Made by a program: the position numbers and the translations under genes. Source: Haliotis cracherodii (taxonomy: Eukaryota). Taken from it: DNA of 64,000 nucleotides. This document shows, piece by piece, positions 1 through 11,072 of this stretch. Below the pieces are notes generated by a model that saw nothing but the letters and a program-made list of their open reading frames with translations, was not told the DNA's origin and did not search any database. Each line of letters opens with the position of its first letter. The stretch's first letter is position 1. The stretch covers positions 4,154,001-4,218,000 of the forward strand of contig NW_027266274.1 in assembly GCF_022045235.1 (NCBI RefSeq), written 5' to 3'.

Positions 1-375
1 ACACAGTATTGGTAAAATTGCAAGTGTTTCACCATTACAGCCTTTCACACATGTCTGCTACACAGTATTTATCACAGCAATATTCTATGTATTTATATTC
101 ATTATTAATGTCACTATTTCCACAGACGTATCACACTTTACTGAGTTCATTGTTTACTATTTACACTGTTGTTCACTGTCCGTGTATATGTTTATGGAAC
201 TTGTGACCAACCCATTTGACTTTTTAATCTTGACAATATGTTTCAAACAAAATATTTTGTAACACAGTAACATCTGATTGCTATGAAAAATACTTGCATA
301 GCATGAATTCAGTCATGTATATATGTACATAATATAAAAGCTGATTTGGTACAAAATATTCCTTGCATAGGATGA

Positions 376-480
376 CTTACTTACTTACTTACTTTGGAGA
401 TTTAACGTGCACTTTCTGACTGATGCGTATTTCGCACACGGGCCCGGCCAGGCCATTTAATGTGTTTCCGAAAGGGGCGA
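376..480 (-). mobile_element. Possible 3' end of a retroposon (V-domain-like SINE core with (AAGT)n tail)
   Basis: Minus strand reads CCTTTCGGAAACACATTAAA...GGGCCCGTGTG...GTGCACGTTAAATCTCC and then (AAGT)4. This resembles my recollection of V-SINE cores. No head or TSD identified. Confidence 0.3.
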
Positions 481-981
481 AAGTGGTCTGTGCAACCCAA
501 GAAGGGGCTTTAGGGGATGCTTATACAGAATTTGGGAATTTTGAGATTTGGAATAGCTGCCGATGGGGTTGGGGAGGAGAACTAAGGGAGCTGGGTACGG
601 TGGATGTTTGTTTGTTTATGTGATTTTGATTTGGTAGATTATTGTGTTTTTAGATGTGTTTTGTTAGTTCCGTTTTGATTAAGAATACGCCTAAGGTACG
701 CCTCATGTATATATGTACCAACATAACAGCTGACCCGCCCCTCTCATTAGGCCCATGTGGTGTGATGTACACACAGCATATCCGTGACATGTCACAGCAA
801 GTGTGTCACATCTTGCCATCACTCCGACACCTGCACATATCAGCACTATAATGAAACTACAGACTGCGGCAGTGATGGTCAGTTTACAAGGACATAGACA
901 CTATGCAGACATGGACTCGTATCTGACACAACACACACACAAATGGGATGTTATTAAGATATTTACCAGAAATGAATCTAT

Positions 982-1165
982 GAGGTAGTGGTGAGGTGAA
1001 ATGGGGTTTTACATCGCGTCCAAGATTATTGCACTAATATAGCAGCGTGCATGCACGTGTATGTGCTTGTACTAGTCCGGACTGATGCCGACTTATAGTG
1101 CTAGCTCACTGAGATACCATGCTGCAGTTTATCATGAATACCCCACTCAGACACAGGATATGATA
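982..1165 (-). mobile_element. 5'-truncated SINE fragment, relative of the element at 8543-8805
   Basis: Shares the tail GTGAGGTGAAATgGGGTTTtAC..CGtcCAAGATtATTGCA with 8570-8620. Confidence 0.6.
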
Positions 1166-2659
1166 GATAATAAAAACATGTATCATGATAATTCCTGAAA
1201 GAATGAGGGAAGTACATACCTCAACGTACTAAGAGTGTTGAGAGGTGGCCATGTACACCTGTATACCTGACTGAGGTGGTCAGTGAGATATCAACACCCC
1301 TCGTTAACCTGTCGTCTCCCACATGTAGGTCAGTGACAATACACACCGTGCAGCCCAGTGCCGGCACCTGTATTGTCGCTGTCACACAGCAGATGTGAGA
1401 ACAGACTCTCAGTCATAACACAAGTCATGACAATAGGGCAACATTGAATAAACATTCATTACTTCTTAATGTTTGGTATTTCCAATAAAATATAGTCTTA
1501 AGTATAGGTACAAGTTATTGATTTTTAACATGTTTAAAGCATCTTAAGATATAGGAAGACCTTTTCATGATAACTTAATTTAATTCTTTGGAATGTATTT
1601 TACACCTCAGAACTCTAATCCACAATGCCTTCATCATATATACTGGATTCCAAATGGTGACGGTTTATTCTGAGGGAAAGCAAGTTTGCTCGCACACGCC
1701 AGAATATGAGATGGATTTCTCCCCATGTCCGCACACCACAACATTACAGTGTATAAGTATGCTGTATACAGCATTATTTACAGCTCAGCTAGCAAACATG
1801 CAGCCATGGACCTTGCTACAATCACATCATGTTAACTTATGCAAGCATACTAACCTCCAGAGACACCATCCGATGTCCCTACATGGGCTAGACGTCCACC
1901 CTAACCAATTGACGAAGCACTATTTTGGAGACTGTTTGCTCCAAGGAATGAAGTAAAAATCAATATATAGGCGAGAAGGCTTGACATCTAATACAGCCTC
2001 AAGTTGACACAAATGTCACTGAATGCATCTGACATGTGTGTGCTCAATTTCACATCAACATGCTTGTGACCTACATAATATGGACCAAGGCTATCTATAT
2101 TAGTGATATCCATAAACACACTTACAAAGCCTTGTCGCAACATTAATTACAATTAATTATTATTAATTTGTTTCTTTACACAAGTCATTTTTATATTGAT
2201 ATTCTTTTAGGGAAAAGCTAGATACATGTATTACTGAAACATTAATATTTTTATAATTATTTCAGAAGACCTTTAGAGACTTATTTGGTGTATTTGAACA
2301 ATTATCTGATCCTAACAACAGGCTTCTGTTTCAGGACAAATCCTTACCAGACAAATGATACAGAGACATGGCTACATAATGTCTACATAGAGCCCATTAT
2401 ACTTACAAGTCAACATTTACACAATCATTCATGATTTGGGTTGTTTTCCAGACACATCCCTGTATGGCTGGAGTGTATGGCTGGATCCCTGTTTTGTCTC
2501 AGAGCCAAGAAATAGGGTAAGGAATTATCAAAACTGGATTCTAGTTACTGTACTTGCCATAGTTATTGATCTGCTTGTGTAAGCAGCTCTGCAGTATTTG
2601 GACAGAATTAAGCATGTTACATCTCCAATAAATACCTGGCTCTATTTGCCCCTTGAAAC

Positions 2660-3790
2660 ATCCTCTAGCTCTGCTAGACCCTTGGAATACCAACTGGCTT
2701 TTGAAGAACCAAGTACCACCTAGCTCTGCCAGCCCCTTGTAACACCACCTAGCTCTGCCAGCCCCTTGTAACACCACCTAGCTCTGCCAGCCCCTTGTAA
2801 CACCACCTAGCTCTGCCAGCCCCTTGTAACACCAGGTAGCTCTGCCAGCCCCTTGTAACACCACCTAGCTCTGCCAGCCCCTTGTAACACCAGGTAGCTC
2901 TGCCAGCCCCTTGTAACACCAGGTAGCTCTGCCAGCCCCTTGTAACACCACCTAGCTCTGCCAGCCCCTTGTAACACCAGGTAGCTCTGCCAGCCCCTTG
3001 TAACACCAGGTAGCTCTGCCAGCCCCTTGTAACACCAGGTAGCTCTGCCAGCCCCGTGTAACACCAGGTAGCTCTGCCAGCCCCTTGTAACACCAGGTAG
3101 CTCTGACAACCCCTTTTAATACCACCTAGCTCTGCCAGCCCTTTGTAACACCACCTAGCTCTGCCAGCCCCTTGTAACACCACCTAGCTCTGCCAGCCCT
3201 TTGTAACACCAGGTAGCTCTGCCAGCCCCTTTTAATACCACCTAGCTCTGCCAGCCCTTTGTAACACCAGGTAGCTGTGCCAGCCCCTTTTAATACCACC
3301 TAGCTCTGCCAGCCCTTTGTAACACCAGGTAGCTCTGCCAGCCCCTAGTAAAACCACCTAGCTCTGCCAATCCTTTGTAACACCACCTAGCTCTGCCAGC
3401 CCTTTGTAACACCACCTAGCTCTGCCAACCTCTTGTAATACCACATAGCTCTGCCAACCTCTGTAATACCACATAGCTCTGCCAGCCCCTTGTAACACTA
3501 CATAGCTCTGCCAGCCCTTTGTAACACACTGTTAGCTCTGCCAGCCCCTAGTAAAACCATCTAGCTCTGCCAATCCTTTGTAACACCACCTAGCTCTGCC
3601 AGCCCCTTGTAACACCACCTAGCTCTGCCAGCCCTTTGTAACACCACCTAGCTCTGCCAACCTCATGTAATACCACCTAGCTCTGCCAACCTCTGTAATA
3701 CCACCTAGCTCTGCCAGCCCCTTGTAACACTACATAGCTCTGCCTGCCCCTTGTAACACCAGGTAGCTCTGCCAGCCCTTTGTAACAGTT
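2660..3790. repeat. 29-bp minisatellite (ACCACCTAGCTCTGCCAGCCCCTTGTAAC)n, ~37 units
   Basis: Direct tandem periodicity with ACCT/AGGT variants and degenerate edges. Explains the ORFs at 2541-3183. Confidence 0.97.
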
Positions 3791-4938
3791 GACCACTCAG
3801 GTGAACAAAGTCCTGGCACATTTGCATCTTAAAATGTGTATGTAGCTATATTTACATTGTCTATCTGCATCCAAATTGTTGATACTTTGTGTACCACATC
3901 ATCACAGCCATCATAAGCATTTAACATCATCCATCTTTAATTTCTTTAGGGGTACGGTTGCAGAGTTGCATCCCTTTGACATGCCAGAAACCTATTATCG
4001 TGGCTTTGAATCCAAGTTTGTCCTGAGCTCACTGCTTTCACTATGAGTGGAAAAAAAATATTGATTTTTGCCTTACATGTTTACTTTGTTAACTGTTACA
4101 CCAAACACTAGTAGTGAAAAGTAGTGGTGAAAATGTAGGTATTTTCATCCATTGTGTCATGCTTGACACTGTTAACTGTGTGCCAGGTTTTTGGCCATAA
4201 TGTCTATATAAAAAGGATGGCTTATGCACCACAGATAAAATGCATGTATTGTGATACATATCCGATTGTGACCAAGGTATCGTGTTGGTGTATGTCCCAG
4301 CACTAATGGACTGTCTGTAACCAGATGCTGTACTCCACCACACAATACTCGTCACCTTGACATTTCAGCTAGTGTTATTACCCAACTCATTACAGACCCT
4401 TTGTTGTGAAGCAACCAATCATGACATTCACCAACAACAATTACAAGAGCTCTGAAGACATAACCATCAGTACATTCTTGCTTAAAACATCTATTTGTCT
4501 ACCCAAAGGCATTTTCTAAATCACTTCATGGCAAGTTTAGTTTACAAGTATTTTCTTGGCTATAAGTGTTGCCCTGCTGTAGTAGAAGAGTCAACTCCCC
4601 ATGTGTGTGATGAATCCATGGAGAACCTGGAGGATTCCAGATATTCCCCTGACCTATCAAGCCAGGATGGTGTGGTGTCTGGGAGATGCTTGGCTCATGA
4701 ATCTATCCACGCCATTCAGCCCACCTCGGCACCTACCCTGTACCTCCCTCATCATGTGATCTACTTGTTCCACATTTCCACAACACCAAGACAGAAACAG
4801 TCAGATTTTCATTTACTAGTTCTCAAAATTAGGGCAATCAAATAACAAGTTACAGAAAAAATAAGATCTGTAAAGTCTGTATATTATATAGAGGAAAAAA
4901 ACGTAACAATTTATTTATTACCTAATTGATTCATTCAC

Positions 4939-5031
4939 CTTGCTGCTGATCAGACAATATGGTTTTCATATGGCATGTCACAAGCATGAGGCATTCTGTC
5001 ACACTATTGAAGTAGGGATAGTCGACTTGAC
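4939..5031 (-). other. Candidate 93-nt internal exon (phase 1-1) of the minus-strand gene
   Basis: CTAAC branch-like site, ctccctgttcAG acceptor and AAG/GTGAAT donor. Open frame GQVDYPYFNSVTECLMLVTCHMKTILSDQQQ. No recognisable homology. Confidence 0.25.
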
Positions 5032-6377
5032 CTGAACAGGGAGTGCAAGCTTCATTGTGTTAGAAGACGCTGAATGTGTGTGTCGCTTTGGAAAAAGGAC
5101 TTGGCGGTATGTGAACGGGGTTGAAACAGGTTCAGCTGATCATGAGTTGGCCCCGCTACAGTGAACCGACTCATCTGATCTAGCACAAGCTAACAGATGG
5201 AATGGACAACAAGTCAACCCTGCCTCAATGACCACCACCATCCCCTACAGACACTACCTCCATACAACACTCCTTTCAACGCACTGTCCAACAAGGCACA
5301 TTAGATGCATTCCTTGACAAAAAAAAACACACAAACAATCATTTGATTTAGTCTGCTGGGAATTGACTCCAAATTTGAAGATGATGAATTTGTGGTTGCC
5401 ATGGTTTTATAAGCAAATTGGATTACTGCTGCAGCATGCAGGCAGACACCAGGTGGCCATCACTCGATGAACTCCTCACACGGAATGAAGTGAGGAGTTT
5501 ACATCAAGCTACTGACTCAGCAGGATCCGGTTGGATCAATAAGTCCAATAAAACAGCGTTAAGTCTTCCCAGCTTACTCAGTGTCAGGAGACAGACACGA
5601 CATTCCTCATGATATCTATGAAACTGACATGCAACAGGAAGATATGTATCAAATACATCATACAGTTTGTTGTGTGAAATATCACTATGGTACATAATCA
5701 AATTAATTCAACAGCACAATCATCTCCTGACATTCATAAATCATCTCGAAGTCAAATCATACGTAATCATTTCTGCTCCCATAATTCTAATTTTGTATGC
5801 AACATCCCAGTCATGATTGCAAACTGAGCAACACGAAACTTATTCCATGTTACTGCTTCCGATTTGTCTCAATCAAGTGAGCAACTTGAAAATACATTTT
5901 GTTAAAATATAAAATCTGTGGAGTAGCTTCAATGTAAATAGACAAAACCTGTTTCTGTAGACAGGAGACTATCCATCAGATCTACATATCTCTTTAAAAT
6001 GTGTTCTCCAGACTCCTTGAACCAATCAGAATCACTGACACAAATAACCAGTTACATCCATTGTCTGCGGTATAATAGCCATTCTCCATCATGTTGACAT
6101 CAATGTGTTTTGAACAAACACAATCTCCCTTGCACAGCATCCTCTACAACATGGCCCATGACTCACATCAACATGAAGACCAGCATCAATCACCACACAC
6201 GGCAGATCTATTACAGTTGTCAACCTCAACCATTAAACTTGTACTTTCATTTTGGTATGTATAAACAGACCAATGGTGTCCGTTTGATTCATAATGTCAT
6301 GTCACACAAACAGTTTAATCACTTTTCTGAATTTCCCAATAATTGACGATGTGTCCCTTTCTGTTAATATCGCCGTC

Positions 6378-6856
6378 CACTACCCATAAGGTTAGAAATA
6401 ACCAAGTTGATAAAAACCATATATGCACTGGAGCACATGTCACAAGAACCAGTATATTGCTTACGTCATCTGGACGTCATTCTTGACGTCATTTGAAGCT
6501 TATTGTGACTTAGGGCGGAATGACATCACACTAGAAATGATGATTGTCGATGGCACATTCGACAATGGTGTTTTTCTAAGATGGTCAGTGTGATCAATGC
6601 TTTTTTCTAAGGGGTGAGCAGTCAAAAGGATTAAAAACAATGGGTAATAAAGAAATTATTATAATTATTATAATATAATTATAATAAAAACACTTGCATG
6701 ATGTGTAACTCATGTAAGAATTCAAGTATTACCCTTGCTCTTGCTCGGGAAATACAAGATTTCTGACACTTGTTTTATAACATCAGTATGACCAGAGACC
6801 ATCTATTATATGGTGTCTGGTATGATACACATGCTTGTATAATAATCTCTATATAT
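6378..6856 (+). mobile_element. Non-autonomous DNA-type interspersed repeat with subterminal hairpin; second copy inverted at 31441-31795
   Basis: Colinear similarity to the reverse complement of 31441-31795 (TACCCATA.GGTTAGAAATAACC.AGTT ... ATAATAATCTC). Imperfect hairpin at ~6717-6764. Confidence 0.75.
6793..6819. mobile_element. 27-bp palindromic insertion (CAGAGACCAT...ATGGTGTCTG) with 7-bp TSD
   Basis: Flanked by GTATGAC/GTATGAT. The paralogous repeat at ~31469-31475 (minus strand) has a single GTGTGAC, i.e. an empty site. Confidence 0.7.
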
Positions 6857-8542
6857 TTGCTCTGGTGAATAATTACATGTATGCTCAAACACAAAGGTCA
6901 ATATACATGTCACAGCAACAGTTTCTAGATGTTATCTCAAATATCCTTTAATTAGGGCTAAATAAAACCTGTTTTACGTTCACATTTGTTATAGGAAAAC
7001 ACAACTGATATTCATACAAAATACCAAAATTGTAAAGTCCATAATAGTTTGACAATAGTTTCACCAGTTTCTAAAAATGAAGACATTTGTCGTGCTGCTT
7101 ACCTGACGATATTTTGATTTAACCAATATTCTTAAATGAGGCTAAATGTTAGTATTTTGACAGTAATAACAATCAGTGAAATAGTAACAGACAAGAAATG
7201 TAATATTACCAGATATTGGTCCTGCTGTCAATACTGGTCCAGGGTGGGTTGTAACGTACAGTGAGCTGAACAGAGGTAGGTATTCCTGAGTGAGATCGTC
7301 TGTGTCCGAGGTGTGTGTGTTGTCGAGGTGTGTGTGTGTGTGTGTTGTCGGTGGCAGTGGTGAGTGTTATAGATGAGAGATGAGGGAGTGAGAGGAGCTT
7401 CCATTCATCATGGTTCTACACCGCCGTGAGTCAGACGCAGGAGCAGCAGTGAGTGCTCAGCCTCCTGCCAGTCTCAGTCATACAGATAACAGGGAAATTG
7501 ATACATTGCGATATGAAATTGACATAATGATATACTTGATTGGCTGGTGTGTGCGAGTTGACGACTGTGTTTACACACATAAAGCACACACAGATGGTTG
7601 TGAAACTGTCAATCATGGTGAACCTGGAGTTGGGCGGACTGAAACTGACATTGTAGATGACATAACATCACTACTGCAGATCATTCCATGTACTTACTGG
7701 AGGCAATGACACCAGACGCATGGCAAGTACAATCAGCCACTGTCACCGAAAATAGTAATTGGGGAAAACATTTTCTCTAAACTAACCTGTATACTGCAAA
7801 ACCCTGTTGTTCTAGACACCTTGTGTAACAAGGACATGCCTTCCCAACATTACTATGAGGAACATCTACATAAATCCAAAGTGTCATTACTCAGGGCCCA
7901 TGTTTCATTAACCCAGAAATATGGTCATAGGGTGATTTCTGGGATGGTCTGTCAGGATTTTCAAGTCCCTCACTCTCCTTCAGTAGTGGCTTACAGAGAA
8001 CCTTAGTCCTGCACCATGACCGTGGAATATATCTATTTTATAAAAAATAATAATCTAGAAATGCATACAAAAGCAAGTCTAGCCAGCTCAAGCTAGCTCT
8101 ATTCCACAAATTCTATTCTGAAATCAGCATAGGGATTTTTTAAATATTTTTAGAGTCAAGAAGGATATTGTGTAATATAAGATTTCAGAGACTAAATGTT
8201 AGTCTAAGAGAACCTATTAGCACTGAAAGAAAATGTAGGAACATTGATTCCAATTGAAAAACTCTGTCTTGTGTCAGTGTATACACCAAGCACTCCATTA
8301 TTCTGAATCAGCTTCCAGGAATGTGAAACAGCCAACCTTATAATTATCCCGACAACCAATTCTACTCCTGTCTGGATTTAGACCTTCTTATCCAAACTGT
8401 CCATGCTTTCTGCCATCAAGAATCCCTATCAAGACTCCAGGAATGCTGATACATATAAACTTGTTCAAGTTGGGATGCTGAAGAAATGCACCTGGTACAT
8501 GGTGACCCTTGAGACGTATTTCTCCTCACCTGGCACCTAATG

Positions 8543-8805
8543 TGAGGTGAGGTGAGGTGAGGTGAGGTGAGGTGAGGTGAAATAGGGTTTTGACGTGGCG
8601 TTCAAGATGATTGCAATTATATAGAGCCATATACTGACTCTGAGCCGACCTGTCCTTGTTTAGTTTAGCCCCTTAATGTCATGCACCAGGCAGGATAAGA
8701 ACAAGTACCATCTTTTAACGTCTTTTGGTATGTCACAGCCGGGGATCAACCCCCGGTTCTTCTGCTCTCCAGGCAGCTGCTCTACCACTAGACCATGGAG
8801 GCGGT
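8543..8805 (-). mobile_element. tRNA-headed SINE with Meta-like central domain, (CTCAC)n tail and 13-bp TSD
   Basis: A box TGGTCTAGTGG, B-box-like GGTTGATCCC and core CATACCAAAAGACGTTAAAAGATGGTACTTG on the minus strand. TSD CTGGCACCTAATG at 8530-8542 and 8806-8818. Confidence 0.88.
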
Positions 8806-9199
8806 CTGGCACCTAATGACATTCTCATTATTGGCATTAAATTTCCAAGGTAAACATGAATATGGACCTTTTTATTAACATATGATTTTTGCATCATTTC
8901 TGTCCAAAAGCTTTATGAGAGTCTTAAAAAAATGATCTCAATTATAATCATCACCAGCAACAGAAGCTGTGCATAAATTAAACCAATTTCTTGTATTTAG
9001 ATTCTTTTGGGACATGAAAATGTACTTAAGCCTTGTGTACATTTAATCTGTGTGCAGTGTTACACATCTCCAACTGAGGCACAAGAAAGTTTGAGCCCCC
9101 AGATGAAAGTGTTGTTCTCTGTGCACTAGGAAATGATGGAGTCGAGGTTGAAGGAAGGACACTGAGCAATCGATATGAATGTGCTCTGATTGCAGCAGG

Positions 9200-9930
9200 G
9201 AGATGGGGCAGTGATGGGGTCGGCTGGTGGATGGCCAGAATTACGTCACCAGTGGGCAGCAGCAAGATGGGGCAGCGATGGGGTCGGCTGGTGGTAGAGT
9301 TGGTTGACGGCCAGAATTACGTCACCAGTGGGCAGCAGCAGGATGGGGCAGTGAAGGGGTCGGCTGGTGGACAGCCAGAATTACGTCACCAGTGGGCAGC
9401 AGCAAGATGGGGCAGCGATGGGGTCGGCTGGTGGTAGAGTTGGTTGACGGCCAGAATTACGTCACCAGTGGGCAGCAGCAGGATGGGGCAGTGAAGGGGT
9501 CGGCTTGTGGACGGCCAGAATTACGTCACCAGTGGGCAGCAAGATGGGGCAGCGATGGGGTCGGCTGGTGGACGGACAGAATTACGTCACCAGTGGGCAG
9601 CAGCAAGATGGGGCAGCGATGGGGTCGGCTGGTGGACGGACAGAATTACGTCACCAGTGAGCAGCAGCAAGATGGGGCAGCGATGGGGTCGGCTGGTGGT
9701 AGAGTTGGTGGACGGACAGAATTACGTCACCAGTGGGCAGCAGCAAGATGGGGCAGCGATGGGGTCGGCTGGTGGACGGCCAGAATTACGTCACCAGTGG
9801 GCAGCAGCAAGATGGGGCAGCGATGGGGTCGGCTGGTGGACGGCCAGAATTACGTCACCAGTGGGCAGCAGCAAGATGGGGCAGTACAGTTCCTGTGATG
9901 TAGTTGGGGCAGTGATGGGGTCGGCTGGCA
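9200..9930. repeat. G-rich 64/76-bp minisatellite, 10 core units
   Basis: AGAATTACGTCACCAGTGGGCAGCAGCAAGATGGGGCAGCGATGGGGTCGGCTGGTGG repeated, with an optional 12-bp insert. Confidence 0.96.
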
Positions 9931-10399
9931 GTCTTCTACATTCATAGACATGAGATAGGAAACCATTTTTGCCAAGATCTCAGATAGGAAAACGTACTGA
10001 GTGACATGTGAAATAGGACAGCTAAAAGGTTGAGATATGTAACAAAACAATTTATTGGGTGATTGAAAGAAAACTTTATTGATAAAATATACATGAAGTA
10101 AAGGATCAAGGTAGATAAAAGGTTGAAGAGTACAGAATCCTATGAATAAGGATGGTCTCCAACATTCCCACGTAGGGAATTAGTAAGACAAGGAATGTGG
10201 GATTGTTAAAAGAAAAAAATAAGATTTCAGTCTACTTACAAATCTGACAATGACTATGCTTGTTACTAATTTCACAAAATGTTTTTTTCTAAAATGTAAG
10301 ACAAGGGAATTAGTCAGAAATGTCCCCATATTTCCTTACATGACCAGTAACATGTATCAAATGTCAAATAATAAAATAAGAGCCAGCACTAGCTCCCGT

Positions 10400-11072
10400 G
10401 TATATAATCAGCTCCCAGCAACCATCAGCTCCTGTCTACAATCAGCTCCCAGCCACAATCAGCTCCTGTCTACAATCTACTCCCTGTCTACAATCAGCTC
10501 CCTGTCTACAATCTACTCCCTGTCTACAATCAGCTCCCTGTCTATAATCTACTCCCTGTCTACAATCAGCTCCCTGTCTACAATCAGCTCCTGTCTACAA
10601 TCAGCTCCCTGTCTACAAACTACTCCCTGTCTACAATCAGCTCCCTGTCTACAATCTACTCCCTGTCTACAATCAGCTCCCAGCCACAATCAGCTCCTGT
10701 CTACAATCAGCTCCTGTCTTCAATCAGCTCCTTTCCACAATCAGCTCCTGTCTACAATCAGCTCCTGTCACCAGTCAGCTCCTGTCACCAGTCAGCTCCT
10801 GTCTACAATCATCTCCTGTCTACAATCTACTCCCTGTCTACAATCAGCTCTCTGTCTACAATCATCTCCTTCCCACAGTTCCTGTCTACAGTCAGCTCCT
10901 ATCTACAATCTACTCCCTGCCACAATCAGCTCCTGTCCACAATCAGCTCCTGTCTACAATCAGCTCCTGTCTACAATCAGCTCCCAGCCACAATCAGCTC
11001 CTGTCTACAATCAGCTCCCGTCACCAGTCAGCTCCTGTCACCAGTCAGCTTCTGTCACCAGTCAGCTCCTGT
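10400..11072. repeat. 17-18-bp degenerate tandem repeat (CTACAATCAGCTCC(C)TGT)n
   Basis: Direct periodicity. Explains the 358-aa low-complexity ORF. Confidence 0.95.

Noticed and set aside
1220-1370. Candidate coding exons at ~1220-1367, ~7209-7410 and ~20240-20457
   Set aside because: Plausible donors, but no full-length open frame compatible with the 30476 exon; at most UTR exons.
2717-2760. Resemblance of the 29-bp unit to the 30-bp hsp70 minisatellite (CTAG...CCCCTTGTA)
   Set aside because: The match is short and low-complexity and no SINE is adjacent, so common origin cannot be supported.
2660-3790. CRISPR-like appearance of the 29-40 bp arrays
   Set aside because: No unique spacers, no cas genes, and a eukaryotic context.
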